Below, piece after piece: positions 1 through 12,237 of a stretch of 64,000 nucleotides of DNA (positions are counted from its first letter, which is position 1; each line of letters begins with the position of its first letter). The notes beneath the pieces were generated by a model that saw only the letters and a program-made list of their open reading frames with translations, was not told the origin of the DNA and did no database searches. The position numbers and the translations under genes are program-made. Source of the DNA: Camelus dromedarius (Eukaryota); contig NC_087437.1 in the NCBI RefSeq assembly GCF_036321535.1, positions 51,958,001 to 52,022,000 of the forward strand, given 5' to 3'.

Positions 1-539
1 TGTGGCATGATTATAGAGAACTTGGGGATATTAAAAGGCACTAGTACCCTCTTTTCTATTTCCAACTATTTCCAGCTGCCTCCTGTAGCTTTCTTATTAG
101 TCAGTTGGTGAAGAGGTGGGCTGGGCTTTGAATATTTCTTGTGCTTTTGAATCCTACGAATAAACTGGAGAGGCGCTTTCTCATCGCTTCCCACACCTCA
201 TAGGAGGCTCTTGGTTGGGTAGCATAAGTGCCTCTTTGTGTGGACCTTGAATTTTTAAAAAATTGTGTTAGGGGAAGTTAAGTGGCATGTTTTTGCTTAT
301 AATGTTGAACATATGATATTTTGATAATGTTATCCTTAGAATAAATTTAGAGGGAGTCCCAGAAATAAGATGTCCTGAGTTTCATTTCCCATTTTGCCTT
401 CTAGATGAAATTCTCCTTGTTTATAATAGTTGGTATGTTATCTGGTGCCTAGAGGAAAGAAAACCAACAGCTTCTATTCTGATTATTTCAAGATCCTTGA
501 TGTAATATCTTAAAATGTAATCTTCCCTTTTGTTCTCAG

Positions 540-594
540 GCAGTGTCCAGTCTGATAGCAGTGGGTACATCTCATGGATTGGCTTTGATATTTG
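540..594 (+). CDS. VPS8: VPS8 exon A (55 nt): AVSSLIAVGTSHGLALIF+G
   Basis: ttttgttctcag|GCAGTG...ATATTTG|gtaaat; phase 0 in, phase 1 out. Confidence 0.95.
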
Positions 595-2214
595 GTAAAT
601 TTTCTAACTGCTTTCCTTATTTTAAATTTAAATATTTTGGAGGGGTTTTATAATGTCTTTTAATCACAGTTTATATAGTAAACTTAATTTTCTTGGAAAA
701 AGTTAGAGAAATTTGAAAAGTAGGAGTCAGTATTTTTATAGTTAAAAATTACTTAGCTTTATTTTGTTGCTCATTGCAAGTTTATTTTCTTCTTTATGAA
801 TTTATAAGCTATCATGTCATATTATATCTTCTGATTCTCGGCAGACCTAGACACAAACAATGTAAAGTTGAAAGGGGCGAGGATTGTCATTTTGTCTGCC
901 TCCAGTTTGTGGTGGTGGTACTTTTTTATTCTAAATTGTAACTGAATAGTAGCTATTGGAAAAGATCTTCAGAGAAAGAGACTCCCAGGCTTTCTCAGTA
1001 ACTTTCAGTGTCTGTTACTGACAGTAATTTTTTTTCATTTACATTGTAAACCCCTCTAAATTGAAAAATCTTTAGCCAACAATCACATTCTTATTTTTGT
1101 TTGAGAAGTGAACTTAGCTAGTTTTATTTGTATAGAATGTGATAGTCCTGTGTATATTTTCTCATTTTTTCCTACCTGAGACTAACTCTAGTTTTATTAA
1201 TCTTTCTTTGCTTTTGCATTCAATACTATGAGCAGAACATTTTGTTCTGTTTTTTTTTTTTTGTTTAAAAACTACTAGATAATACTTTCTCTGTCATTTT
1301 TAGTGTCCTCTTATGGATCCTAAGCCTTTTGCAACTCTGTTAAATGGAACTCCTGATGACACTGCATTTTAGTAAGGAATCCATAGGATATTGTGTAAGG
1401 ATTGCTTGGGAACACTTAAAAGCAGAACCACAATTTGATCTCTGTGGGCCTTGCATCTTTATCATATGAGTTAATAACTAGTTATTTTCCCTTGTTTTTG
1501 AACAATTTGACTTCCTATTTATAAATTTTCCATTATGCCAAAAGCCTTATTTACAATGTGATTTTAACACCTAGTCTTTTCAAAGGTGATTGACTTAAAA
1601 AAGTTTTATTGTCTGGGGATGAGAAAAATGGAAACAAAAATATGATTCTCTTGAGAGAACTTTAGAATTGATTCTTTAAATAATAGTTTTTTTTCTTATT
1701 CCATAATATGTGTTCATAATAGAAAATTTAGATAAGTGAAAGGTTGAAGATATACCAAATTCTACTATCTAGAAATAATCCCTGACATTTTTGTATGGGC
1801 TTTTAATCTTTTTTTATGTACATGTGTACATATATGTGTACACCCTCAAATGGGGTTGTGTTAATTTGTAACCTATTTTTTCATTATAATGAACATCTTT
1901 CCATGTAATAATGTATTCATCTGAAACATCATTTTTAATGGTCACATAGTATTTTTAAAATGGACTCACCATAATTTACTTAATCACTTCCTACTATAAG
2001 ACATATAGGTTGTTTCTAAATAAAGAGTGATGAACATCACTATGTTTATGTGCACGTGATTACTTCCTTAGGACAAATTTCTAAAAGTGGTCAGAGTATG
2101 AACATCTTAAACACTTCTGAAGTATATTGCCTAATTGCCTTCTGGAAAGTTTTACCATTTTGTTCTCCTAAGGTATCAGAATGCTTATTTTCCTAAGGGG
2201 GCTCAGTTGGAATT

Positions 2215-2395
2215 AGATTGATAGAATTTTGGGGAAGGATCTTAAAAAGACTTGTGGTTCACTGCCCTTATTTTATGTATGAGGTGACTGAGAACCAGAC
2301 AGGTTAAGTGACATGTACAAATTAAGCCAAATTAAGAATCATGGAATACTGAATCCTAAGGTGAGTGCTTTTTCATCCTTCTAAGCAGTTCTCCT
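2215..2395 (-). mobile_element. MIR SINE fragment (approximate ends)
   Basis: ttttatgtatgaggtgactgagaaccagacaggttaagtgac resembles the antisense MIR core. Confidence 0.65.
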
Positions 2396-3591
2396 GTCCT
2401 GAGAAAAAAGAAGGCAAATTCCAAGATATATGAAGAAAAGAGTAGACGACCTAAAATGAATGAGGATAGAATATGATGCACATGTTTATCTGTCAGCAGA
2501 ATGCATGTTGAGTTTTGTTCCCACTTACCAGTACTCACTTTTCCTCGGCTCTGCTTTAATATCCCTTCCTTACTACAAGGTTATGAGAATATGTGCCTGC
2601 TTATAATCAAACCCATGTGGAGGTTACTGCAACAAGTTAAAATGAATACTTTAAAAATAGAAGCTAACAGAGGAGAAGAAGAGTATAGTGTCTTTCACTA
2701 CTGTCTCCTTAATTTCCTTATGTCTGCTTTCCTAACTTTTTTAGACTAGCAGCTTTCTTGTAGACTTTATTAAATATTTTTCATTACAGTCTCATGAAAA
2801 AGAAAGTACACCAAAGTGAACATTTTGAGGAAGAAATGTAATCTATTTATGCTTTGGGGTTTTAATCGTGCAGTTAATATGTTTTGCTCATTACTTTTGT
2901 AAGAATCAGATATTTGGACAATACATTTAAACAAACGGATTTGCTTGAAAGCCAGGAACCAGTGGCAGAGTAATAATATTACGAAGTATTTAGAATAGAG
3001 GTCTGGGTTACATCTGATCTCTTAAACATCTTTGTTGATCGCAGGAAAAAGTGCAGCAGGAAGAACTGTACTTGTTTAAATACCATTAGATTCTCTTTGG
3101 AATAGAGGCCTGGGTCTTTAAAATACTAATCATTGTAAGCATCTTAAAGGTGATGTGTGTTGCCTTTTCTTATGGAATTATAGGTATGTGGTATTTTTGT
3201 GTATCTTGATTCTTATCTAAATACAAGATCACAAAAATTCAAATCTATTTAATAAAGATGTCTCCCTATCCTAAGGCCTTTAGTTTTCCTTTTTTTTTGT
3301 TTTTAGTATACTTTAGATTATGTTTTTGAAATTGTTTTCTTTCTGTCAAACTTAATAGACTTGGATTTACTGTGCTAAAATTTGGATGTTATGCATTTTC
3401 TCTTTTCCCATAACCGATACCTGAATATAATCATAAAGGCTAGACACATCGTTTAATCACATTTAGTATCATTCCCACAGATAACTAAAGTTTATCACTT
3501 ACACTCTTGAAATTTTGCCTTTCTTTTCTCTGAACTTTTGAACTGATTTCTTGCTTTTCTCTCTTTTGATCATTTCTCCATGGATTCAAAG

Positions 3592-3597
3592 GAAAAG
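3592..3597 (+). CDS. VPS8: VPS8 exon B, 6-nt microexon GAAAAG (gives F-G-K-D instead of F-D)
   Basis: Long pyrimidine tract then ...ttcaaag|GAAAAG|gtatag. G|GA AAA G|AT restores the LIFGKDQNQ sequence I recall for the longer human isoform. Confidence 0.85.
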
Positions 3598-3615
3598 GTA
3601 TAGTAATTTTGGTTT

Positions 3616-3621
3616 TGCATG
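3616..3621 (+). promoter_or_regulatory. RBFOX-type UGCAUG intronic splicing element downstream of the microexon
   Basis: TGCATG begins 19 nt after the microexon end, the position associated with RBFOX-driven inclusion. Confidence 0.6.
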
Positions 3622-5528
3622 AGAGACTTTTTTCTGGAAAAGCGAATGCTATCAGTTGTAGTCGATGCCCTCTTATGAAATGCTTATTGAAAAGAATCAG
3701 CTAATTGAAATTGGTTAAAGCAGGGAATTATTAACAATTATAAATATATGCATACCTTCAGTGTTTTAACTGAAAAGATATATTCATTTTCCCCTTTATC
3801 TTTTGGTGAAGCCGAAAACTTTTTCTTTTGAGTTTGTATCTGCCAGTTGGAGATCTACAGCAGCTTTTCTGGCATAACCTGCATCAGTAATGGGTCATGT
3901 AAAATTTGCACTTTTAATTAAAAAAAAAAAAGAGGTAAAAGCTTAGGCACCTGTCAATCAGTTGGAGTTTGCAAAATTTTAAATTTTCAAAACTTCTTTT
4001 CAGTCTTCTGCAGTTACCTTGTCCACGCCTTATTTCATGACAGTTACTTAAAGCAACTCATCTTTACCAAGTTTTTCTAAAGCATTTATTTAGTTTTCAT
4101 AGAAACAACAGCTTTCTTTTTCATTTTGTTTCATCACTTTACATATTGTTTAGTTAAATTTCTCAAGTACAGTAACATTACAGTGGCATGAACAGATTTA
4201 GAAATGAATGCAACTGATTCTTTGTAAGCATCTGCATTCTAGAAAATAGCCAGTTAGCCATCGGGGGTCAGCGTGTCCAGGGCTGCAGTCAGTAAGCTTT
4301 ACAGAGAGAATGGAGAACTGTAATTCCGTGTCTTTGTTAAATGGAGGTTGGGTAAAGTGCTTTGCCGTTTTAAGATCATTGATGAAAAATGTTTCCTAGT
4401 ATCTCTTTTCTCCTTGTCCTTTTGTCTTGGAGAATATTTTAGTATGCACAAAAGAGTAGTAGTGAAGAATGGTGAATACTGGCAATAAAAGTAGAGTTGT
4501 ACACACATAATAAGATTTTGATTCCTTCTAGGATCTAGGTATTTTCGTCTTTGACGGTCTTCGGGATCTAATTAAAACAAATCAGGGGTGAAGAAATAGA
4601 GGATTAGGTTAGTTTTGGTATATGGAAGGAGAGCAGAAATTCTTGAAGTATGTTCAAATTTAGGTTTTATGGCTGTTTTAGACTTACACGTTATTTATGG
4701 CTTTTCTTTGCTACTTAGCACATTACTCTTAAGTCTAGAATATGCTGAGGAGATCCACCCTAAGTAAAGTTGAAAGATATGCTAATGAAGAACTAGATAC
4801 AATTCGCTGCACTGTCAAATAGGTGTGCTTTTTGTGATATTTAGTCGTTAAATTCTCTCAATTACATGGTAAGCTAATAATAATTGTTTGCATTTGTACC
4901 ACTGGGTAGTTTTCAAAATTTTCATAAACATTTAAAAAATTTAAGGTCTATATCAACTCTGTGATGTATATAGGAAAAATGATAAGTCTCATTACATATT
5001 TCTTACCCAGATCAAGAGCCCCCTTGAAGAAGGAGGATGTAGAAAGCTCTGAGTTTCACCTTTCTTGCTTCTGTCCAGGTCCTTTTGTTCTTTTTATGTA
5101 ACTTTAGAATTTTAATGTTTGGAAGAGGTTTTATGTTTATCTACACCAAACGCCTTTCCTCGGAATTGCCTAGAATGATCTGGACTACAGAATGCTCTTC
5201 TAGCAGAAGAAACCTTTTCAATGAGATGCTGCTTCCTTCTTTCCACAGAAATTCTACCTTTCGGGATTTAGTCTAAACTGTATAATAGGAAGTTTGTTAA
5301 TACGGCATCATAAATATAGAATATATAAAGACAGCAATAAGAATTGGCAAATATCTATGTGGAGTTAAACTAGATTACATTTTATGCACTGCCCATTACA
5401 TCACAGCCATGCTACCTTATAAAGGAACATTATAAAAATAATGAATACATTGTAAAAGTCAAGGAGAAAAGTTGAGAATGTTTTCATTAACATAGTCCTG
5501 TGGGATGTAAATTTAATACATATTTCAG

Positions 5529-5707
5529 TAAAATGGATAAATAATAAGGACCTACTGTGTAGCACAGGGAACTGTATTTAATATCCTATAATAAACCATA
5601 ATGGAAAAGAATATGAAAAATAATATATATAACTGAATCACTTTTGCTGTACACTAGAAACTAACACATTATACATCAACTATATTTCAATAAAAAATTT
5701 AAAGAAA
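5529..5707 (+). mobile_element. 5'-truncated L1 3' end with target-site duplication
   Basis: tagcacagggaact...ataactgaatcac...gctgtacac...aataaaaaa 3'UTR; TSD acatatttcag at 5518-5528 and 5708-5718. Confidence 0.85.
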
Positions 5708-6466
5708 ACATATTTCAGGAGTGACCAACATTAATAATTTGGTCCCTGTCTTAGCTAGTTTTTAGTACATGGGACCCATGGTCAGGAAAGCAGAATCATG
5801 TTTGGTTTTTAATGTAGAAATTAGATATGTCTCTTTCCTTCCCTCTTTGTCTCCATTTTATTAGTGGTACCCTTATTCTCTATTTTGTCATAATCCTTAA
5901 TTCTCCTACACTTACTTTCCCTGAGTTATAAGAGTATGAAAATAATCTGATGTAAAGTATGAACTTTGTTAAAGTAGACAGCAGTAGTGAGTGTCTTTAA
6001 GTATTGGTGGATCAGAACCATATAGAGTTTGGATCTCAAGGCAGGGATTACAAAGGAGCCCAGCAGGATGCAATTCAAACACTAATCTGCCTAGAAGGCG
6101 GGCAGCCCAGAGTAATGGGGCTTCCTTGTGAGGCTGGTGTGGAAATTTCTGCCTTTGTTCTCTTACTTGCAGTTCATTCATTGCCTTACACGCATGAACC
6201 AAAGTAGTGATATATGCAGATCATTGCTGCCCAACCTCTGAATCTTGACAGTTTGCAGAATTAGGTATACGGATAATCCACTAACTGTATATGGTGGCCC
6301 TGACAAAATAAGGATCATGGAAAACACTATTTTAGGCAGACAGTTTCAGTACTTGATTCTTTTGATTCTTGCTACCTCCCAAGTCTTTGAAAACAAGCCT
6401 ATCCTAAATATATATTTATTCTTTCCTTCACTTCTTTCACTTGATGTTACCGATTGCTCTCTTTAG

Positions 6467-6591
6467 ATCAGAATCAAGCTTTGCGACTCTGTCTGGGTAG
6501 CACTAGTGTTGGGGGCCAATATGGAGCCATCTCTGCCCTCAGTATCAACAATGACTGCTCAAGACTTCTCTGTGGCTTTGCTAAAGGACAG
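6467..6591 (+). CDS. VPS8: VPS8 exon C (125 nt): DQNQALRLCLGSTSVGGQYGAISALSINNDCSRLLCGFAKGQ
   Basis: ctctctttag|ATCAG...GGACAG|gtaaat; within ORF-track 6454..6684. Confidence 0.96.
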
Positions 6592-7337
6592 GTAAATAAG
6601 AACTTTATTTTATCCATAGACAATGCAAAAAAAAAAAAAAAACTGTTTAGATTAACATCTCAAAGAACAAAATGTGTGTTATAAAGTAACATGTCTGTAG
6701 AGCTAACCTGAGATTGCTTAGTCTGACTTTTGTTCAAATTTTTAAATATTGACTGAGCCAGAGTCTGATTTTTAATATCTTAATTCATATGTCCATATAA
6801 GTAAATAGCTTTTATAAACCAACAAGGCTATTACACAAAATTTACTTCCTTACTATAGTGTGGATTATTGTTGCTGCTTTTTAAGTACACTGTATTCTGC
6901 TTTGTGTATTCTTATTACTGTGTTTCTAGATAACTATTTTGATACATTTTTTTTTTACTTCTGAAAACCAGAAATAAGTTTTGTTTTTACTCTTCTTCTG
7001 ATTTATGTATCACTAATTGGTTTGGCAGTAAGCCTTTTTTCTGTAATTTTTACCGGTGCCAAAGAGATTGACTCATTAATTTCTTTTACCTCTCAGTAAA
7101 AGAACAACCTTTAAAATCTGAAGGGAAGAGTAGATTGGGCGGGATGAGGGGAGGCTGAAGGTAGAATAACGGCCCCACACTTTAGTGGGTCTGCAGCCTT
7201 TGGTTATGTTTGAACTTTATAGTTCTTTGTCTGCAATGTTTATAGACCAGAAATAGATTATTTCAGCCAAAAGCCAGGATACTTAAGTCTAAAAAAGAGC
7301 AATAAATTTGTTTTTAAAGCATTTAGTTGTCTTATAG

Positions 7338-7424
7338 ATCACTATGTGGGATTTGGCCAGTGGAAAACTTCTAAGATCAATAACAGATGCTCATCCTCCA
7401 GGAACAGCAATATTGCATATTAAG
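7338..7424 (+). CDS. VPS8: VPS8 exon D (87 nt): ITMWDLASGKLLRSITDAHPPGTAILHIK
   Basis: cttatag|ATCACT...ATTAAG|gtaaac; WD motif. Confidence 0.96.
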
Positions 7425-9749
7425 GTAAACTCTTTGTTTTGTATCCATTTTAAAGTAAGTTTCTTTATAAGCAGAATCCTTGAAAATGAACTGTCTTTTA
7501 TTTGACTGGCCCAACAAGATGTTTTCCCAAGTTAAAATTAGAGATGGGCTAGCACGGTAACATTCAGCTATAAGTTGTATTGAAGTCTAGTAGATAGAGC
7601 AGGAAAGAGTAAATTGATCAGATCCTAGACGAAAGGTTGGCAGCAAAGACGGGCAGTACCCTACTGAAAATTCATGTATGGATTTTAAAAGGTCTTTTTA
7701 CTTTTTGTTTAGCCCGTCAGGATTTTATTGCTGAGGTGGTGTGTTCTGTCACACTTTGTTGGGAGTTACCTGAGGTTCAGGGCACCAATTGTGAAAGAAC
7801 CAAGGTCTGCGTTATGTTTAGAAATGAATCTGTTGGTTTATTTTCTTTCAGGCCTCCAAAGGAAAAGCATCAAGATTTGAGTCTTGGCTTTCTCCTTATA
7901 TGCCTGAAAAAAAATAAACCAACTTAGGTAACATATTTCATTTATAAATACAATGTGAACTTTGGTTTCTGTATGCTGTCAAGCCCATGTTCAGAAGTAT
8001 AAAATGTAAAGGACTATAACTAAGGAAGTCTAAAATCAGATCTTCTGGATTTTAATCATGTACACATTTGGTTGCTTAGCTGTGCAGCTCTCTTACCCAT
8101 ACATACGCTTTTTAAAGTCTGGGAGCATCTGGAGTTTATGTGTCTGCATCTATGTTAGTTACATAAAAGTCTTTTGTGACAAAGCAGCATTGAAGCGTTT
8201 AGTAACAATGAAAACAACCGAGACAAGTAAAAGTAGAGAGAATTTCTTCTCTTTCTGAACATCATGGCAGTTTATCTTGACTCTTTTCATATGGCATGAG
8301 CCAACTTCTAATGTGTTATAGTTGTTTGTGTTTGTGTCTTATCTCCTTTAATAGACTAAGATCTTTGAACCCAAAATCTGTTTCTCTTTTATTTTTGTGT
8401 GTTACACGTGGTAGTTGCTCAGCCATTGTTTGGTGGAAGGAATAAATAGTTGGTGGTATTTATAAAAGTCCAGTCTATGTGCAGAAAAAGCAAACTCTTT
8501 GGGAGAAACAATAGGAAACAGAAGAAAGAAAGGCAGAGAGAAAAAGGAAGAATGCAACTGAGGTTAAAGGCAGACCAGTAGTGGACGGACGTTGTGTTGC
8601 TTGGCGATGGCGATAAATGCAGATGCTTTGAAGATACTTCTGAAGTCTTCCGTTGTCAGCGGCCGCCTGCAATTTAGTACCCTTACTCATTGTTTCCCAA
8701 ACTTAATCCTACACGTCCCATCAATAACAATTTGGGCTTGCATTCATTATACATCTATCTATCTATTTATAAGTTATTTAAGTGTGCTACTGTACTAATA
8801 TTTAAGTACATAATAAAACACATACACAAGAAGCAGAAAATTAATAAATAAAATCACGAGTGCTCTTATTTTCCCTACACTCCTAGGGGTCTGTGCTTCC
8901 CACTTTGGCAACTGCTCAGCTCGGCCTTGAGAGCAAAGGTGTGGGACTTTGCCTGTGTGTGGGGTTGAGGAAGAATAATCTTATAGTAGCCTCCTGTACC
9001 TCAGCATCCCTGAAGAGCACAAAGGCATGTCATTTAGGATGGTTCACAAATCTTTGAGGGTAGGGAGACTAGTCTCTGTAAGTGGTACAAATCAAGTTAC
9101 CCAGTTTTGCATCCTACAACATTCTGTACCATACTTCATAAGCCCTTAGGTCAGTCTGTCATTGTGAACATTTGCTGATTTTTGGGGGTAAATAATAGTA
9201 ACTAAAGTATATTGTGTTGAAGAACATCAAGGAGGCAGCACATTTTAGGAAGAGTTACATAAAAAGTTAAACTATTTTAAATATAGTGGATTAACTCTAG
9301 TTATTCAGAAAACACATTCAGACAAGTTTATGTCCCAAAGATACTGAATATCTTACTGTGTCTTCATTCTTGAAAACTAGGCAACTGCAGATGTAACCAA
9401 AGTATTCCATTCAGTTTAGTAGCAAGTTAGAAAAAGTTAATGTAAGAACCTAAGTAGAGAACTTTGGGGATTTTATGAATCAGAGTTTGTACTTTTCTTT
9501 TATCCTGAGGAAAGGTGATTTTGCTTTTTTAAAGCCTCAGTTTTTTAAAGATACTGAGCCGTTTTTATTCTGAATATGGGCAAGTTTGTATATTGAGAGT
9601 GATGAGCTAAATCTAATTTAGGTGATTTCAAATGCTTTTAAATGTATTTGTCTTAGATTTTTAAAAATTTGTGAATTTTCTTCTTACCTTTTTAACACTT
9701 GACTGGTTGTTTAAAAATCTGTAAGAAAATAAATACCTTCTCTGTTTAG

Positions 9750-9817
9750 TTTACAGATGATCCAACTCTTGCAATTTGCAACGACAGCGGAGGCTCTGTT
9801 TTTGAATTGACATTTAA
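9750..9817 (+). CDS. VPS8: VPS8 exon E (68 nt): FTDDPTLAICNDSGGSVFELTF(K)
   Basis: tctgtttag|TTTACA...TTTAA|gtaaga; phase 2 out. Confidence 0.95.
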
Positions 9818-9934
9818 GTAAGAGACTAATAGACATTTGTAGATAAATGAAGAGATTAGCTTTTGTTTAATGACTTGAAGTTGAATATGAAGAGATCTGG
9901 AAAACCCATGTGATTGAAAATAGGTTGTGGCCAT

Positions 9935-10080
9935 GTATTACACTTACCTGGGGAGGCATATAGAACATACGGAGTTCCAGGCCCGGCCCCCTAGAATTCT
10001 GTTTCAGTAGGTGTGAGTTGGTAGTCCAGACTCCTGTTCCCCAGAGGTTTCATAATTTCTGTCATGCTTGGGAACCATGA
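9935..10080. mobile_element. MER5-like hAT-Charlie DNA transposon fragment
   Basis: caggcccggccccctagaattctgtttcagtaggtgtg...ttgggaaccatg resembles MER5A. Confidence 0.55.
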
Positions 10081-10369
10081 GTATCTCACTAATTTTGGTT
10101 TAGGCCCAAGCCCAGTTGATTATAATCATAATGTCAAGGTATGGAAAGGTTTTTATTGCTTTGAAATTGCCCTGTTTACTCTGTAAGTAAGAGCAAAGGC
10201 AGTTTAGATACATGGAAGAACATTATAAAGCTGACTTTAAAAAAGAGTAGAATGTAAATTCAATGTGTATTATGTTTCTTTAAGTTCTTCCAAGTAAGGA
10301 CTATGTTTCTTGTATCTCTCATATTTTCTAACAAGGCTGAGAAATAATTGCTTAAAAAATACTATTCAC

Positions 10370-11064
10370 GTATTCAGCTAATGTTTATTAGCTGAGCATC
10401 TCCTACATTTGGGGATTGTTCTAGAGATCAGACTTACAGCTGTGAACCGGACAAGGCTGTTACTCTAATAGAACTTACATTCTGGTTGGGATTGGAGTAG
10501 GGAGACAGACAATAAACTAACACATAACTGCAATAACTTCAGATAGCTATGAGCGCTATGAAGAAAATAAGACAGCTCAGTGCACAGGAGTGCACTTCAG
10601 GACAATTCAGGGGAGAGACCTGAATGACAATCTAGTCAATAAATGCAAAGATCTGCAAGAAGTGTTCTAGGCAGAGGAACCCGTTCAAACATAGAGGCTT
10701 TGAGGTGGGCACAACTCGGCCCATTTGGGCAATGGTGAGAAGGCAGGTGTGGCTGGAACATGAGTTTGTCAGGAGCAACAAAAGTGGGAGAGGAGTGAAG
10801 GCAGGAGCCAGATCTTATAGGACCTTTTGAACATGGTAAAGAGTTTGGATTTTATTTTTATGTATAGTAGCAAGCCATTGGGGTGTTTTTAGGAGAAGAG
10901 TGAGAAATCTGACCCATAGGTTAAAAATAACATGCTGATGTCATGTGGAGTTTGGATTGCTGGGGGCAGGAGCAGGAGTTGGGAGGCTGTAGTAGTCCAC
11001 TCTAGAGATTTGGTGCCTTGGATTATTGCTAAATGGATTCTGAAGTGTTCGGTTACATTTTCAG
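10370..11064 (-). mobile_element. L2 LINE fragment abutting the exon F acceptor
   Basis: aatgtttatt...gaacttacattctgg...ctaggcagaggaac...gagtttggattttatt...ggaggctgtagtagtcca are typical antisense L2 motifs. Confidence 0.75.
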
Positions 11065-11218
11065 GAGAGTGATGGGAGTGAGAACATGTGAATCTAGGTG
11101 CCTCTTCAGTGGTTCTAAGGGCGAAGTTTGCTGTATTGAGCCTCTCCATTCTAAGCCTGAGTTGAAAGATCATCCCATCACACAGTTTTCCTTATTGGCC
11201 ATGGCATCCTTAACAAAG
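11065..11218 (+). CDS. VPS8: VPS8 exon F (154 nt): RVMGVRTCESRCLFSGSKGEVCCIEPLHSKPELKDHPITQFSLLAMASLTK
   Basis: cattttcag|GAGAGTG...ACAAAG|gtaggt; within ORF-track 11033..11239. Confidence 0.96.
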
Positions 11219-11321
11219 GTAGGTGTATTTAGAAGATAAAACTCACACCTTTTAGAGGCTTTGAATACCCAAAGTTTGAAAATTGCAGGGTACATATTAA
11301 AAATGTATTTTTCTCCTAAAG

Positions 11322-11381
11322 ATACTGGTCATTGGATTGAAGCCATCCTTGAAAGTGTGGATGACTTTTCCTTATGGACGG
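11322..11381 (+). CDS. VPS8: VPS8 exon G (60 nt): ILVIGLKPSLKVWMTFPYGR
   Basis: ttctcctaaag|ATACTG...GGACGG|gtgagt; follows a 103-nt intron. Confidence 0.95.
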
Positions 11382-11769
11382 GTGAGTAAACGTCTCCATT
11401 TTATGGGCAAAAAGATCATGTCAGGAGGTTGGGGAAAATGACTTGCAAGTGGTGAATTCTGTGACGTTGTCAGAAAACTAGGTGGAGTGGAAGTCAGCGT
11501 GGCAGAGATGTGTGCCTGCTTACCTTGATGTGGTCAGAACAGCATGAGCAGGTGGCTCGAGCAGTGTCCTGGGGATCATGAGATCTGTACTTTCCTATCT
11601 TTATTCCTTAAAGTTCTTCCATAAATAGCTGCAGCTTTGACACTGAACTACTGATAGAGAACACCCCACCTTAATAGCCAGCAAAAATTGCTACTACCTG
11701 TTCTTTCCTTGGCTTCTTCTGCCTCTGATATTTTACTCTGGGGGATGATACTTCTCAGAACATATTATG

Positions 11770-11881
11770 TTTTTTTTAATTGAAGTATAGTCGGTTTACA
11801 ACATTGTGTCAATTTCTGGTGTACAGCATAATGTTTCAGTCATACATACATATACATACATACATTTTCTTTTCATATTCT
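11770..11881 (-). mobile_element. Short L1 3'-end fragment
   Basis: poly-T then aattgaagtatagtcggtttacaacattgtgtcaatttctggtgtacagca. Confidence 0.75.
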
Positions 11882-12237
11882 GAGGGAAGACCACTCTTCT
11901 GTTTACTTGTTGGTATAATGTGCATTTCTGGGCCCCAGGGGAAGCAGATCTGCCTTTCAGATGGCAAAGCTGGCTTAGATTGCCATTAATGGTTCTTAGG
12001 TGAGCTTCATTGGCTAATTGAGATTTATCGTGGTGGTATGTGTTTGCATCTTTTGGTATGTTTTTATTGGTATTTTCCCCCAACATTGTATTATGAACAT
12101 TTTCAAACAAATAGAGAAGTTGAAAGAATTTCACATTGAACATCTATATACCTATTATTGTAAAATTCTATCATTAGCATTTGACTGTCCTTTATTATAT
12201 ACCTATCCATCTCCATCCACTCATCAGATTATGTGTT

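Noticed and set aside
594..602. GK could be encoded by read-through of the exon A donor (G GT AAA)
   Set aside because: There is no GT 6 nt downstream (sequence is tt), so extension cannot be spliced; the microexon at 3592 explains GK.
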